Assembly (NCBI GenBank): GCA_041641295.1
Contig: JBEPYO010000001.1
Location: 78,678-142,677 of the forward strand
DNA from: Nitrososphaerota archaeon
Lineage (GTDB): Archaea; Thermoproteota; Nitrososphaeria_A; Caldarchaeales; Calditenuaceae
Direction of reading: 5' to 3'
Length of the DNA stretch: 64,000 nt
Position 1 is the stretch's first letter; the number at the start of each line of letters is the position of its first letter. Below the pieces are notes generated by a model, which was not told the origin of the DNA, did not search any database, and worked only from the letters and a program-made list of their open reading frames with translations. Both the position numbers and the translations under genes were made by a program. This document shows, one piece after another, positions 37,966 to 47,504 of this stretch.

Positions 37966-40560
37966 ATGGGATACTGGGCCGCCGGCACCCTGCTGGTCCT
38001 TTTTCTATGCACCATAATATGGGCTGGGCTGCCTCTTCCCAACATAGAGGCGCATCGGCTCCAGTACGACGGGGTAGGTTACAGCTCACAGCAAAGAATC
38101 GAGTTATCCGCTGAGGAAAGCATCGAGATAATTGGGGGGTGGGGTAAATCCACCCTAACAGTCCTCATTGTCCCTAGTGTGGACGAACGTTTGACGAGTT
38201 GGGTAGGCAGGTCTGTCGACTGGTGGAAGAGAGCCAAAGAGACTTTTACAGCACTTCACGGCTATGAATTTTTGAATAGGCTTGAGTTTGTGAAGCTGGT
38301 TCGAGGCGTAAATGGCACATCGGGAGACATCGTTATAGAATACGTGGAAAGCTTGGGAGAGCGGGTATGTGGGATTACATATGTCAGCGTAGTTGATGGG
38401 GAGATTAGACAAGCATCGATCCAGCTATCGCTGGAATGTATCAGAGGTCGGGAAGAGTATGCGTTGGTAGTTGGAATGCATGAGTTCGGTCATGCACTAG
38501 GGTTAGGGCACACTAACAACTCGGCGGACTTGATGTATGATTACCTAGTCCCCGGCTCCAGACCCTCAACCCTAAACCTCTATGCCTTAGCGGTGATTTA
38601 CAGATGGCTCGAGCGGGGAATTTTCAAAAGTCCCCCAGATAGTGTATCCCTTCCAGAGGGCATAGAGTATATTCAGCTACTAGACGCTAACGGAGAACCC
38701 GTCAAATTCAGGGTAAGGATATACCTTCTGCTCGGAGACAACGAGCTCCTCTACAGGACAATATTCGTACCCGCAGGCCAGAGCTTCACCATAAACGTCA
38801 ACACCATGATTCAATACGCAGAGGACGCTTGGGAGAGATACGTCTTCACCGGTTGGAGGACGAGAGGGTCGGGACAAACACTCTCTACAAGCACTTCGCT
38901 AACACTCAAGCCGACAGGCCACACAGACTTTATCGCGGTGTACGACGTCGAGTACAGGGTGGTTGTTGAATATCTCAACAGCACTATTCTCGACGGCTGG
39001 ATTAGAAGGGGTGGTAGGGTGTTAGTTAACGCAACGGAGGTGATATATCTATCTACCGATGAGAGGCTGGTCTTTGTCGGTTGGAGGGGCGCGATAAACA
39101 GCACCAGCGTAAGGCTTGAGCTTGTCGTAGAGTCGCCTATCCGCCTTTATGCGGTTTATAGAAGGGAGTTCCTCGTAGATGTTGTATCGGACTACGGGGA
39201 GCCCTCAGTCTCAGGCTGGTGGCCTGAGGGGTCGCTCCTCAACATAACCATCAACCCCAGTGTCGTATACCTCTCAGAGGATGCGAGGATGGTGCTCAGT
39301 GGGTTCAACGGCTCCCACCCCGCCCTAACCCCCCACCTCCTCATCAACCTAACCGAACCAGTACACCTCTCAGCAGTATGGAAACAGCAGTTTCTCGTGA
39401 CTGTCAGTAGTCCTGGGGGAGAGATACAGGAACACGTGTGGGCGGACAACGCATCCAAGATAACAGTCGCCGTGCCTAGAGAGATATTCTGGGATAATGG
39501 ATCAAAGGCTGTCTTCGAGGGGTGGCTAAATCCAGGTCTGGCCCCAGAGCCCACGCAGAGTCTGACTATTACCGGTCCTAGAGTTTTAGCCCCTTTCTAC
39601 GAGAGGTATTATCTCGTGGAATTTGTCTCCGCTTGGAAGGTTGATACGCCGACAAAGTGGTATAGGCGTGGGGAGGTCTTAGAGTTTGAGGCCCCCAACT
39701 CTGTGGAGCTGGATGAAGGATTGAGGGCAGTATTCATTGGCACCTCCGAAGGTGCTGAGAGAACTCTGAGGTTTGTGGTCAAGGGGCCCAGGGTCGTAGT
39801 GATGTATTGGAGAGAAGAGGCGAGAATAACTGTCAAGAATCCGGTGGGAGGGGTGGATAAAGTAATCTGGGCCCCCATAAACCAGGTTATCCAGCTGGAT
39901 ACCCCCTCCATAATACCCGTCAGCCCCGATGAGGCGCTCGAGTTCGTTAAATGGACCGGCAGCCTCGAGTCCAGAGAGAGGACCATCTCATTCATAGTTA
40001 ATGGAAGCATTGAACTCAGACCCGAGTATAGGCGCGTATATCGCGTCATTTTCAACACCGTACCTCCTCTCGATGTTGAGCTACTGTTTCAGGAAGGGTC
40101 GGGCAGGCCCTACAGGGTGTGGAGCGGCGAGTCGATATGGCTGCCTGAGGGCAGCCTAGCAATTCGGGGGGTGTATTGGAAGGGCCTTGATGTTAAGAAT
40201 GCCTCAGAAGTATATGTAAACGGGGCGGGCATCTACCCGGTTAGGCTCGCCGTGAGGAGCTTGAACGTTGAGGTTTTAGACATGCTCGGCATGCCCGCAC
40301 CCTTCTACGAGGTCCAAGCCCTTCGCCCCGACACCATTATAGAATCCCGCGCCATTTCAGATTCTTCTGGGCTAGCTAGGCTGGACGCTGTCAGCCCATC
40401 GGTTAGCAGGGTGGAGGCTAGATGGATGGGTTTTGAAGCCTCTGGAGAGCTGGGCTCGCAGAGAATACAGGTTAGGGTCCCCATAAGCTTCTATACCCTC
40501 CTCCTAGCATCTGCTATACTGATCACTACGTCTGCGATACAGGCTTATAGGAGGTTCTAG
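37966..40560 (+). CDS. Large cell-surface protein: an N-terminal signal/TM, a matrixin-like (metzincin, M10-type) zinc metalloprotease domain, six or more repeated modules of about 75 aa, and a C-terminal TM anchor
   Basis: N-terminal hydrophobic '[18 protein letters not shown]'. Catalytic motif '[26 protein letters not shown]' (HExxHxxGxxH plus a Met-turn). Recurrent 'V[FL]xGW/F' motifs ([60 protein letters not shown]). C-terminal '[23 protein letters not shown]'. Confidence 0.65.
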   Translation: MGYWAAGTLLVLFLCTIIWAGLPLPNIEAHRLQYDGVGYSSQQRIELSAEESIEIIGGWGKSTLTVLIVPSVDERLTSWVGRSVDWWKRAKETFTALHGYEFLNRLEFVKLVRGVNGTSGDIVIEYVESLGERVCGITYVSVVDGEIRQASIQLSLECIRGREEYALVVGMHEFGHALGLGHTNNSADLMYDYLVPGSRPSTLNLYALAVIYRWLERGIFKSPPDSVSLPEGIEYIQLLDANGEPVKFRVRIYLLLGDNELLYRTIFVPAGQSFTINVNTMIQYAEDAWERYVFTGWRTRGSGQTLSTSTSLTLKPTGHTDFIAVYDVEYRVVVEYLNSTILDGWIRRGGRVLVNATEVIYLSTDERLVFVGWRGAINSTSVRLELVVESPIRLYAVYRREFLVDVVSDYGEPSVSGWWPEGSLLNITINPSVVYLSEDARMVLSGFNGSHPALTPHLLINLTEPVHLSAVWKQQFLVTVSSPGGEIQEHVWADNASKITVAVPREIFWDNGSKAVFEGWLNPGLAPEPTQSLTITGPRVLAPFYERYYLVEFVSAWKVDTPTKWYRRGEVLEFEAPNSVELDEGLRAVFIGTSEGAERTLRFVVKGPRVVVMYWREEARITVKNPVGGVDKVIWAPINQVIQLDTPSIIPVSPDEALEFVKWTGSLESRERTISFIVNGSIELRPEYRRVYRVIFNTVPPLDVELLFQEGSGRPYRVWSGESIWLPEGSLAIRGVYWKGLDVKNASEVYVNGAGIYPVRLAVRSLNVEVLDMLGMPAPFYEVQALRPDTIIESRAISDSSGLARLDAVSPSVSRVEARWMGFEASGELGSQRIQVRVPISFYTLLLASAILITTSAIQAYRRF

Positions 40561-40994
40561 CGCCTCGGCTTCTTAGCCTTACCCAGAACAAGTAGTTTTA
40601 GAGGAACGCCGTTGACAGTAACGACCTCATATCTGACACCAGGCAAGTCGCCGTAGCTCTTTCCCAAAGTCCCCCCTATCCCCTGGATAATAACCTCGTC
40701 ATGCTCGTCAACTACATTAAGGGCACCGTCGCCGGGCAGGAAGGCGGTCACAACCTTACCATTCTTCGTCAGCTGCACCCGGACACACTTCCTAACTGCG
40801 CTGTTAGGCTGCCGCGACTCTATTCCCTTCTTCTCTATTACGATTCCCTTAGCCATAGGAGCGCCCTCAAGGGGGTCGAACTTCTCCTTGAGGTTAAGCA
40901 TCCTAATCTTGTACCTCCTCTGACTCCACCTAAACCTCTTCCTAACCTTAATCAGCTGCCTAGCAGCGAACTCTCCATTCCCCATTTCTGCCAT
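40557..40994 (-). CDS. rps12: 30S ribosomal protein S12 (uS12)
   Basis: '[28 protein letters not shown]...[15 protein letters not shown]', 145 aa. Confidence 0.9.
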   Translation of the reverse strand: MAEMGNGEFAARQLIKVRKRFRWSQRRYKIRMLNLKEKFDPLEGAPMAKGIVIEKKGIESRQPNSAVRKCVRVQLTKNGKVVTAFLPGDGALNVVDEHDEVIIQGIGGTLGKSYGDLPGVRYEVVTVNGVPLKLLVLGKAKKPRR

Positions 40995-41087
40995 AGATTA
41001 TTGAGGGTTGAATTATTTAACCTCCATCTCTACACGTCACATAGCCTAGCCTCTTACCGAAAGAGGTCCCGGGTGAGAGGGGGAGCG

Positions 41088-41210
41088 TGTCCCGGCGGCA
41101 GGATTTGAACCTGCGGCCCTCCGGTTTCTGTTAGCCCGGTAGGCTGGCAAAGGCGCGGCAGGATGCCGGCCTCTACAGCCGGATGCTCTACCAGGCTGAG
41201 CTACGCCGGG
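41088..41210 (-). tRNA. tRNA-Tyr (anticodon GTA) with an intron of about 46 nt
   Basis: On the minus strand, the 5' end reads 'CCCGGCGTAGCTCAGCCTGGTAGAGC' (the C1:G72 pair typical of archaeal tRNA-Tyr). Anticodon stem TCCGG/CCGGA with loop CTGTAG|intron|A. T-arm GCAGG-TTCAAAT-CCTGC, acceptor 3' CGCCGGG plus A. A TATA-like 'TTTAATA' lies about 25 bp upstream at forward 41238-41250. Confidence 0.7.
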
Positions 41211-41266
41211 TTCTCACTAAATCCCCTGGAGTCCCCGTATTAAAGCCTAATCCTCTCTGAAACAAG

Positions 41267-41845
41267 TTATCCGAGAGCCTCCCTAGCGCCTGATAAGATA
41301 TACTCGATGGCGATGGCAGCCAAGAGTATGGCCATTACGCGTGCAACGACATCAGCGCCCACTTCACCTAAAAGGCGATGAAGAGTTTCAAGTTTCCTGA
41401 GAATGACCCAGCTGAATAGCATCACTATTAGCACAGAAACTATTGCCACGAGCTGGCCGGATGTGTTTATGGTAATCATGGTCGTGGTTATTGCGCCCGG
41501 CCCTACCAGTAGTGGAAAGCCTATAGGGAAGACACCCACATCCCCGGTCTTTGCCAAAAGTTTCTCACCCCCATAGACGAGGATTTGAAGAGATAAGAAG
41601 AGGAAAAGGATACCTCCTGCAATCTTGAAGCTGTAAAGTGAGACGTTAAAGAGTGAAAGAATCTGGTGACCCGCAAATGCGAAGAGGAGTAAGAGGGCAG
41701 AACCCACAAGGGTCGCAAGGTTGGAGACCTTTTTACGACCGTCGGAGCTGAGACCATGGGTGAGCTTGACGAGTATCGGAATATTCCCGATTGGGTCCAC
41801 GACCACGAAAAGGACAATAGTGCTCTTCAGAACCTCTTCTATCAC
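41267..41845 (-). CDS. MarC-family (UPF0056) integral membrane protein
   Basis: 'IVLFVVVDPIGNIPILV' N-terminal signature, 192 aa, 6 TM segments. Confidence 0.7.
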   Translation of the reverse strand: MIEEVLKSTIVLFVVVDPIGNIPILVKLTHGLSSDGRKKVSNLATLVGSALLLLFAFAGHQILSLFNVSLYSFKIAGGILFLFLSLQILVYGGEKLLAKTGDVGVFPIGFPLLVGPGAITTTMITINTSGQLVAIVSVLIVMLFSWVILRKLETLHRLLGEVGADVVARVMAILLAAIAIEYILSGAREALG

Positions 41846-41922
41846 GACATAGCAATTGCCAGGCTTACTATGTAACCCTTAATTTGATGGCTAAATAGAG
41901 GAGTATGAGGGTAACAGTTGCT

Positions 41923-41996
41923 GCCCCGGTAGCTCAGCCCGGTAGAGCGGCCGCCTTGTAAGCGGCAGGTCGCGGGTTCAAACCCCGCCCGGGGCT
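41923..41996 (+). tRNA. tRNA-Thr (anticodon TGT), intron-less
   Basis: Acceptor GCCCCGG/CCGGGGC. D-arm GCTC-AGCCCGGTA-GAGC. Anticodon arm GCCGC-CTTGTAA-GCGGC. T-arm GCGGG-TTCAAAC-CCCGC. 74 nt. TATA-like 'CTAAATAG' about 28 bp upstream. Confidence 0.8.
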
Positions 41997-42088
41997 AAAC
42001 TTCCACAAGTTTTCCATACTTCTGGACTGCCCTTATCCCGCGTTACTGTTTAAATCCTCTCAAATGTGCTTGATACACTGAGGGTTAG

Positions 42089-43054
42089 ATGCCAATACTT
42101 GTTACCGGTGCATGTGGCTTCATCGGTGCGTGGACTGTGAGGAGGCTTTTAGAGCTGGGGGAGAAGGTGGTTCTGACCGATGTTTCAGGCGACTTATCGA
42201 GGCTCAGATATGTTGTTGATGGGGCTGATAGGCTTCCATTTGTTAGGGGGGATATTGTTGAGGAGGGCTTCATAGATAACATAGTTAGGAACTATGGTGT
42301 CGATGCAATAATACACCTAGCCGCTTTCCAGATACCGCAGTGCAGGGCGGATCCTGTGAAGGGCGCGCTCGTGAATGTGATAGGTACTTTGAGGGTCTTT
42401 GAAGCGGCTAAAAAGAATCGAGACAAAGTTAGGCGTGTCGTCTATGCGAGCTCGGCCGCCGTTTTCGGGCCTCCAGAACTCTATGGTGAGGGGCCAGTGG
42501 CGGTAAACGCCCCTCTAAAACCGACAACCCATTACGGCGCCTATAAAGTCTGCAATGAGCTGACCGCAAACGCCTACTGGCATGAGTCCGGCATCCCTAG
42601 TGTCGGTCTCAGGCCCCAGGTGGTCTACGGTTATGGACGTGATGTGGGGGTGACCTCCGATGCCTCGCGCGCGATAAAGGCAGCCATAGCCCGTAGGCCC
42701 TACAAGATAAGGTTTGGCGGCTTGATAGATATGCAGTATGTAGAGGATGTTGCGCACCTGTTTGCTGTCTCTGCAATTAAGGACTTGGATGGAGCCCGAG
42801 TCTATAACGTGAGAGGGGATGTAATCAGCGTAGCTGAGCTCGTGAAACTCATAGAGGAGGCCACTGGTGCAAAAGGACTCATAACGTTTGAGGATAAACC
42901 GCTACCAATACCCGCCTACTTAGACGACTCTGAGACAGAGAGAGACCTAGGCCCCCTCAAGAAGACTTCTGCCCGAGAAGGAGTGGCGAAGACAGCGGAG
43001 TTTTTCCTCGGGCTCCTAAAGCGCGGCGAGCTTGATCTCAGCGACCTCACCTGA
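42089..43054 (+). CDS. NAD-dependent epimerase/dehydratase, extended SDR family
   Basis: 'MPILVTGACGFIGAWTVRRL' and 'YGAYKVCNE' (YxxxK). 321 aa. Confidence 0.7.
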   Translation: MPILVTGACGFIGAWTVRRLLELGEKVVLTDVSGDLSRLRYVVDGADRLPFVRGDIVEEGFIDNIVRNYGVDAIIHLAAFQIPQCRADPVKGALVNVIGTLRVFEAAKKNRDKVRRVVYASSAAVFGPPELYGEGPVAVNAPLKPTTHYGAYKVCNELTANAYWHESGIPSVGLRPQVVYGYGRDVGVTSDASRAIKAAIARRPYKIRFGGLIDMQYVEDVAHLFAVSAIKDLDGARVYNVRGDVISVAELVKLIEEATGAKGLITFEDKPLPIPAYLDDSETERDLGPLKKTSAREGVAKTAEFFLGLLKRGELDLSDLT

Positions 43055-43081
43055 GAAGGGCGAGATTTTTATGATAATGTT

Positions 43082-44299
43082 TTGATAGTAGGGGTGATGA
43101 GCCTGAACTGGCCTGACGATCCTGTATTGATGATTCCGGGACCGTCTGAGCTGCATCCGAGGGTTAGGCAGGTCTTGACGGGCAGGTTCTATCCGCACTA
43201 CGGCTCCGAGTGGGGTGAGATATACTGGGGGGTCGAGGAGGCTGTCCGGAAGATCTTCAGGACAAAAAACGAGGTTATAGTGATGCCTGGACCGGGGTGT
43301 CTCGGCCTGGAGCTGGGGATTGTTAACGTGGCTAACCGTGGAGAGAAGGTGGTCGCACTGACTAACGGATTCTTCGGGGATAGGTTTGCAGAAATAGCTA
43401 GTTACTGTGCGGCTGAGGTTGTGACACTCAGCTCACCCCCCGGGTACGTAGTCTCCACCGAGGCCCTCAAGGAGTGTCTGGACAAACACCCCGATGCTGT
43501 CGCACTGATAGTCGTGCAGAACGAGTCTGCCACAGGTATACTCAACCCGATACGGCAGTATGTTGAGATAGCTAAGAAGCGCGGTCTTTTCACCGTCGTC
43601 GACTCCATCTCATCCTTTGGGGGAGCCGAGCTTGATGTTGATGGCTGGGGTATTGACGTGTGCGTTGGGTATCCAAACAAGTGTTTAAGCGGGATTCCGG
43701 GAGCCCTTCCAGTCTCGATAAGCAACGAGGTATGGGAGAGGGTGGAGAGGGGGCTTGTAAATCCTGCAACTTGGATGACAAATCTCCGGGTTTGGAGATG
43801 GTATAGGAAGAACTGGGCCGATCATGGCCACCCTTACCCGACAACAATCAACACGTATGCTTATTTGGCCTTGAAGGTGGCGGCGGAGGTGGCGTTGGAG
43901 GAGGGGTTGGAAAAGAGGTACGAGCGACATCGAAGGGTGGCAGCGGCCTTCAGGGCCGCGGTTAAGGCCATGGGGCTGGGGCTGGTTAGCAGGAATGAGG
44001 AGTATGCCTCGCCCACCATCACAGCGATAGAGCTGCCTCCCGACCTGCGGGGCAAGATTGACCAAATAGTGGGTAAGATGCTACGCGACCACAGAATCAT
44101 GATAAGTAAAGGGATAGCAGCCACAGAAGAAACTGCCATAAGAGTGGGCCATATGGGCTACACAGCTAGCCCACGCTTTCTCACCCCAACACTCGCCGCA
44201 CTATCTGAGACTATAAGATCACTGGGATATCAAACATGCTCGACAGGAGATGCAATAGACGCTTTTTACAAAGGCCTGGGAAAATCGCAGGCTGGGTAA
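43082..44299 (+). CDS. Class V pyridoxal-phosphate-dependent aminotransferase, serine-pyruvate/alanine-glyoxylate (AGXT) family-like
   Basis: 'LMIPGPSELHPRVRQVL' N-terminus and overall class V layout. 405 aa. The start could be a few codons downstream. Confidence 0.6.
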   Translation: MIVGVMSLNWPDDPVLMIPGPSELHPRVRQVLTGRFYPHYGSEWGEIYWGVEEAVRKIFRTKNEVIVMPGPGCLGLELGIVNVANRGEKVVALTNGFFGDRFAEIASYCAAEVVTLSSPPGYVVSTEALKECLDKHPDAVALIVVQNESATGILNPIRQYVEIAKKRGLFTVVDSISSFGGAELDVDGWGIDVCVGYPNKCLSGIPGALPVSISNEVWERVERGLVNPATWMTNLRVWRWYRKNWADHGHPYPTTINTYAYLALKVAAEVALEEGLEKRYERHRRVAAAFRAAVKAMGLGLVSRNEEYASPTITAIELPPDLRGKIDQIVGKMLRDHRIMISKGIAATEETAIRVGHMGYTASPRFLTPTLAALSETIRSLGYQTCSTGDAIDAFYKGLGKSQAG

Positions 44300-44331
44300 A
44301 AAATATAGCCATCGCACGCATAGATTTTTTT

Positions 44332-45474
44332 GTGGCCACCCTTTTCGGTGAGCGGATAAGTCGGGATAGGCTTGAGAGGTATGTCGGAGACATTTCACAG
44401 GTAGGTGGAGTATCTCTCAGCCAGCTAATAGACGGGCCGGAGAGCGGTGTTAGATGCATTAACCTCAGGACGGGGCTTCTGAGCGCGACCATAGTGGTGG
44501 ACCGGGCACTCGACATCGCCAACCTCGAGTACAAGGGCATTCCACTGGCATGGATAAGCCCAACCGGCATACAGTCCCCCTCATTCTACGAGCCTGAAGG
44601 CCTAAACTGGCTGAGAGGGTTTTTCGGAGGCGCCCTAACGACATGTGGGCTAACATACTTCGGGAGGCCGACCGTTGACGAGGGCGAACAACTGGGTCTC
44701 CATGGACGGGTATCATACATCCCAGCTAGGCTGAAGGTCTGCAGGGGAAGATGGGAAGGAGACGACTACATTCTTGAGATTGAGGGGGAGGTGAGGGAGG
44801 TGAAAGTCTTTGAGCCCAACATCTCACTCCACAGGAGAATAGAGACCCGGCTCGGAGAGAGCCGAATACTGATAAAGGACACGATAGTCAATAATGGATG
44901 GTATCCACAGCCCTTCATGATACTCTACCACTTCAACTTCGGATACCCACTATTGAGCAAGGATTCGAGACTAGTGTCAACCTCTCGCCTCGTCGTCCCT
45001 AGAGACGCGGACGCAGCTGAAGGGGCCGAATATTTCGACAGTTTTGAGGACCCCCAGCCAAGATATAGAGAGAAGGTCTATTTCCACGACCTAGCCGTGG
45101 ATCCTGATGGATACGCTTATGCAGCCCTCGTTAATAAGAGGCTCTATAATGGCTTGGCCGTGGTTCTCCGGTTCAGAAAGTCGAGCCTAAACAGGCTAAT
45201 CGAGTGGAAGATGATGGGCGAGGGGACGTACGTTCTTGGAATAGAGCCGGCGAATGCACTAGTTTTGGGGAGAGATGTTGAGAGGCGTTTCGGGACACTT
45301 CAATTCTTAGCTCCGCGCGAGAGCAGGGAAATTGAGATCGAGCTGAGCGTTTTAGAGGGAGTTGAAGAAATAACCGCCCTCGAGGAGAAGATATTAGCTA
45401 TACGGGGGCGCGAGAGGCCGAAGATTCTAGGGACAGTCGAGGAATTCGTTAATCTGACGCGAGGAACTACCTGA
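44332..45474 (+). CDS. Hypothetical protein with galactose-mutarotase-like (aldose 1-epimerase / DUF4432-like) features. The start is tentatively a GTG just after the aminotransferase stop; the ORF is open from 44236.
   Basis: 'LGLHGRVSYIPARL' and 'ILYHFNFGYPLL' resemble mutarotase-fold motifs. No ATG lies between 44299 and about 44900 in this frame. Confidence 0.35.
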   Translation: MATLFGERISRDRLERYVGDISQVGGVSLSQLIDGPESGVRCINLRTGLLSATIVVDRALDIANLEYKGIPLAWISPTGIQSPSFYEPEGLNWLRGFFGGALTTCGLTYFGRPTVDEGEQLGLHGRVSYIPARLKVCRGRWEGDDYILEIEGEVREVKVFEPNISLHRRIETRLGESRILIKDTIVNNGWYPQPFMILYHFNFGYPLLSKDSRLVSTSRLVVPRDADAAEGAEYFDSFEDPQPRYREKVYFHDLAVDPDGYAYAALVNKRLYNGLAVVLRFRKSSLNRLIEWKMMGEGTYVLGIEPANALVLGRDVERRFGTLQFLAPRESREIEIELSVLEGVEEITALEEKILAIRGRERPKILGTVEEFVNLTRGTT

Positions 45475-45814
45475 AAAGCTGGACATGCTTTATCCCGCCG
45501 ACCTCGATGCAGGCAGACTCGCACACCAGCCCATCTGATATAGCCTTCCCGACCACGTCATTCCCCAACAAGTTTATGATCGTCGCACCCTCTATGGCTT
45601 TTTTGACCCCCTCCCAATCAACCATTCTACCCATGTAGAAGTCGGGGCTAACAGAGACTTCATACCCATCACGAACCTTCAACCTAGATCCTAACAGCTC
45701 GGAGTCACAGACCGCGACAACTACCTCGCCCGTCAACGACCTATGCATCTTCAGCCAGTAGGACATACAGGGCCTCCAAGTGATAACCCACCTGCGCCAA
45801 AATAAATTTTTCAC
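45467..45814 (-). CDS. DUF424-family small archaeal protein
   Basis: 'VVVAVCDSELLGSRLKVRDGYEVSVSPDFYMG...ATIINLLGNDVVGKAISDGLV...IEVGGIKHVQLF' resembles DUF424. The start is probably one of the internal Met codons. Confidence 0.45.
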   Translation of the reverse strand: MKNLFWRRWVITWRPCMSYWLKMHRSLTGEVVVAVCDSELLGSRLKVRDGYEVSVSPDFYMGRMVDWEGVKKAIEGATIINLLGNDVVGKAISDGLVCESACIEVGGIKHVQLFR

Positions 45815-45841
45815 ACACGGAGGCGGGCTACAATAACTGGT

Positions 45842-46522
45842 TCAAACGAAAAACGGTACCACGCCCATAGGTAGTGATATGAGAGTTATGAACGAGACAA
45901 GGGGAACAGTAATATTATCGTCAACCCACCGGAATTCAAGTTTCTCTATAATCGAGGCGGCAGCCCCCGCCACGGCGCCCGATACTCCGAGCAAGAGAAA
46001 GCCGGTGGGGATGCAGAAGAGGGCCATGGCCAAGTTACCCCACCAAGACTTTGTTCGCCGCTGGTAGATCATATTTCTAACAATTCCAGTAATGCCGTCG
46101 CCAACGCTCATGAAGAGGATGGGTAAGACGCCGATAGCTAAGTTCCCTAAGAGAAATCCTAGACCCATCATCAATCCCCACATTATTATGAAGTGGACCT
46201 CGTACATGTTTTCCTTCACCTGATACCAATACCAAATCTTTCCACTCCGGTGGGGGAGATAGTTTCCGATGGCAAGCACCGCTACGAGTACAGCGATTAA
46301 TATGAAACTCTTAAACAGTAAGGGAACGAGGACGGATACTAATCCCCCAGCCAGTATATGGATTATTTTCCTGTTGTAGTAAACAGCTACATGGTGCTCA
46401 TACCCCCTGTTTAAGAGTGCGTTGTAAACTCTCTTGCAGAGGTAATGGCTTACAAACAACACCCACCCGAATAAGGCAGTCACGTAGATAAACTCCGTCG
46501 GTGTGGGCGTGGAGAGCGGCAT
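45842..46522 (-). CDS. Polytopic membrane protein, possibly a CTP-dependent polyprenol (dolichol/phytol) kinase-like DUF92 family member
   Basis: About 7 TM segments and 'YYNRKIIHILAGGL...MSVGDGITGIVRN'. Weak resemblance only. Confidence 0.3.
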   Translation of the reverse strand: MPLSTPTPTEFIYVTALFGWVLFVSHYLCKRVYNALLNRGYEHHVAVYYNRKIIHILAGGLVSVLVPLLFKSFILIAVLVAVLAIGNYLPHRSGKIWYWYQVKENMYEVHFIIMWGLMMGLGFLLGNLAIGVLPILFMSVGDGITGIVRNMIYQRRTKSWWGNLAMALFCIPTGFLLLGVSGAVAGAAASIIEKLEFRWVDDNITVPLVSFITLISLPMGVVPFFV

Positions 46523-46602
46523 AGACTCAAACCGAAAATTGTGTGAAATAAGGTTTACTGTCTAATAAGAGACCTAGCGGGTAATATGATTGGTGCGTGC
46601 GG

Positions 46603-47022
46603 CTATAGCCTTCTCAGCTCGCCAACCAGAATACCCAGACCTATAATAGCCACAAGCAAGCCGAATAGACTCGAAAAAAGAGAGGAAAACGACGGATATC
46701 TCCACACAAACCACTCCCAAGGCCTGACACCCATGATCCCAATGCCTACTATAAGCAGGATGAGGCCGGCGGCAAGAGGTAAGAGCTGAGCGATATCGGA
46801 AGGTGGTGAAAGAGGGGACACTCCGCCCTTCCGCGGTATGATCAGGGCAGCTACACAATAAAGCGCAATCATGGGTATGGGGGCCAACACGGCGAGAACA
46901 ACGCCCACCAGCCTCAGGATGTTGGGGTCTACGTTGAAGTACTCGCCCAGTCCGCCGAAAACCCCTGCCAAGACCCTGTCCCTAGCCGATCGCTCTAGGG
47001 CTTTAGACGTATTTAGACCCAC
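46603..47022 (-). CDS. PspC-domain membrane protein
   Basis: 'RSARDRVLAGVFGGLGEYFNVDPNILRLVGVVLAVL' matches the PspC domain. 139 aa. Confidence 0.7.
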   Translation of the reverse strand: MGLNTSKALERSARDRVLAGVFGGLGEYFNVDPNILRLVGVVLAVLAPIPMIALYCVAALIIPRKGGVSPLSPPSDIAQLLPLAAGLILLIVGIGIMGVRPWEWFVWRYPSFSSLFSSLFGLLVAIIGLGILVGELRRL

Positions 47023-47112
47023 GTGCCACCCATGTCTTCACTGCCTTTAAACTTTTGGAGAAGATGGCTCGATTTATCCATCTTTAAATCGCGGGCTGCA
47101 TATATATTGGCC

Positions 47113-47445
47113 GTGGGTAAAAGGAAGATAATCGCTGAGCCAAAGGAGTTAGAGAATATGCCTGAGCCCGGGCCAGACGATGTATACGGAGTGATATCTA
47201 AGATGGTGGGATATGACAAAGTAATCGTCGACTGTTCGGATGGCAAGCAGAGGCTTTGTAGGATTCGAGGTCAGCTCAAGAGGAAGATATGGGTTAAGGA
47301 GGGCGACCTGGTCCTTGTCAGCCCCTGGGACTTCCAGAGGGACACGCGAGGGGACATCTGGTGGAGGTTCACGAAGAATCAGGCCCTCAGCCTCGCGCAG
47401 AAAGGTGTTCTGCCGGAGTTTCTTAGGGCTCGGATAGAAAAGTAG
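47113..47445 (+). CDS. eif1a: Translation initiation factor 1A (aIF-1A). The start is uncertain: GTG 47113, TTG 47107 or ATG 47158, and the ORF is open from 47023.
   Basis: S1/OB motif 'DVYGVISKMVGYDKVIVDCSDGKQRLCRIRGQLKRKIWVKEGDLVLVSPWDFQ'. Confidence 0.8.
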   Translation: MGKRKIIAEPKELENMPEPGPDDVYGVISKMVGYDKVIVDCSDGKQRLCRIRGQLKRKIWVKEGDLVLVSPWDFQRDTRGDIWWRFTKNQALSLAQKGVLPEFLRARIEK

Positions 47446-47504
47446 CCCAGAGTGGTTAGTTGTTCTTAATTTAAATAGGGCTGGGTGAAAAATTATCCGG
47501 TAGA

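Noticed and set aside
39192-40058. Minus-strand ORFs of 120 and 149 aa
   Set aside because: Antisense within the metalloprotease gene.
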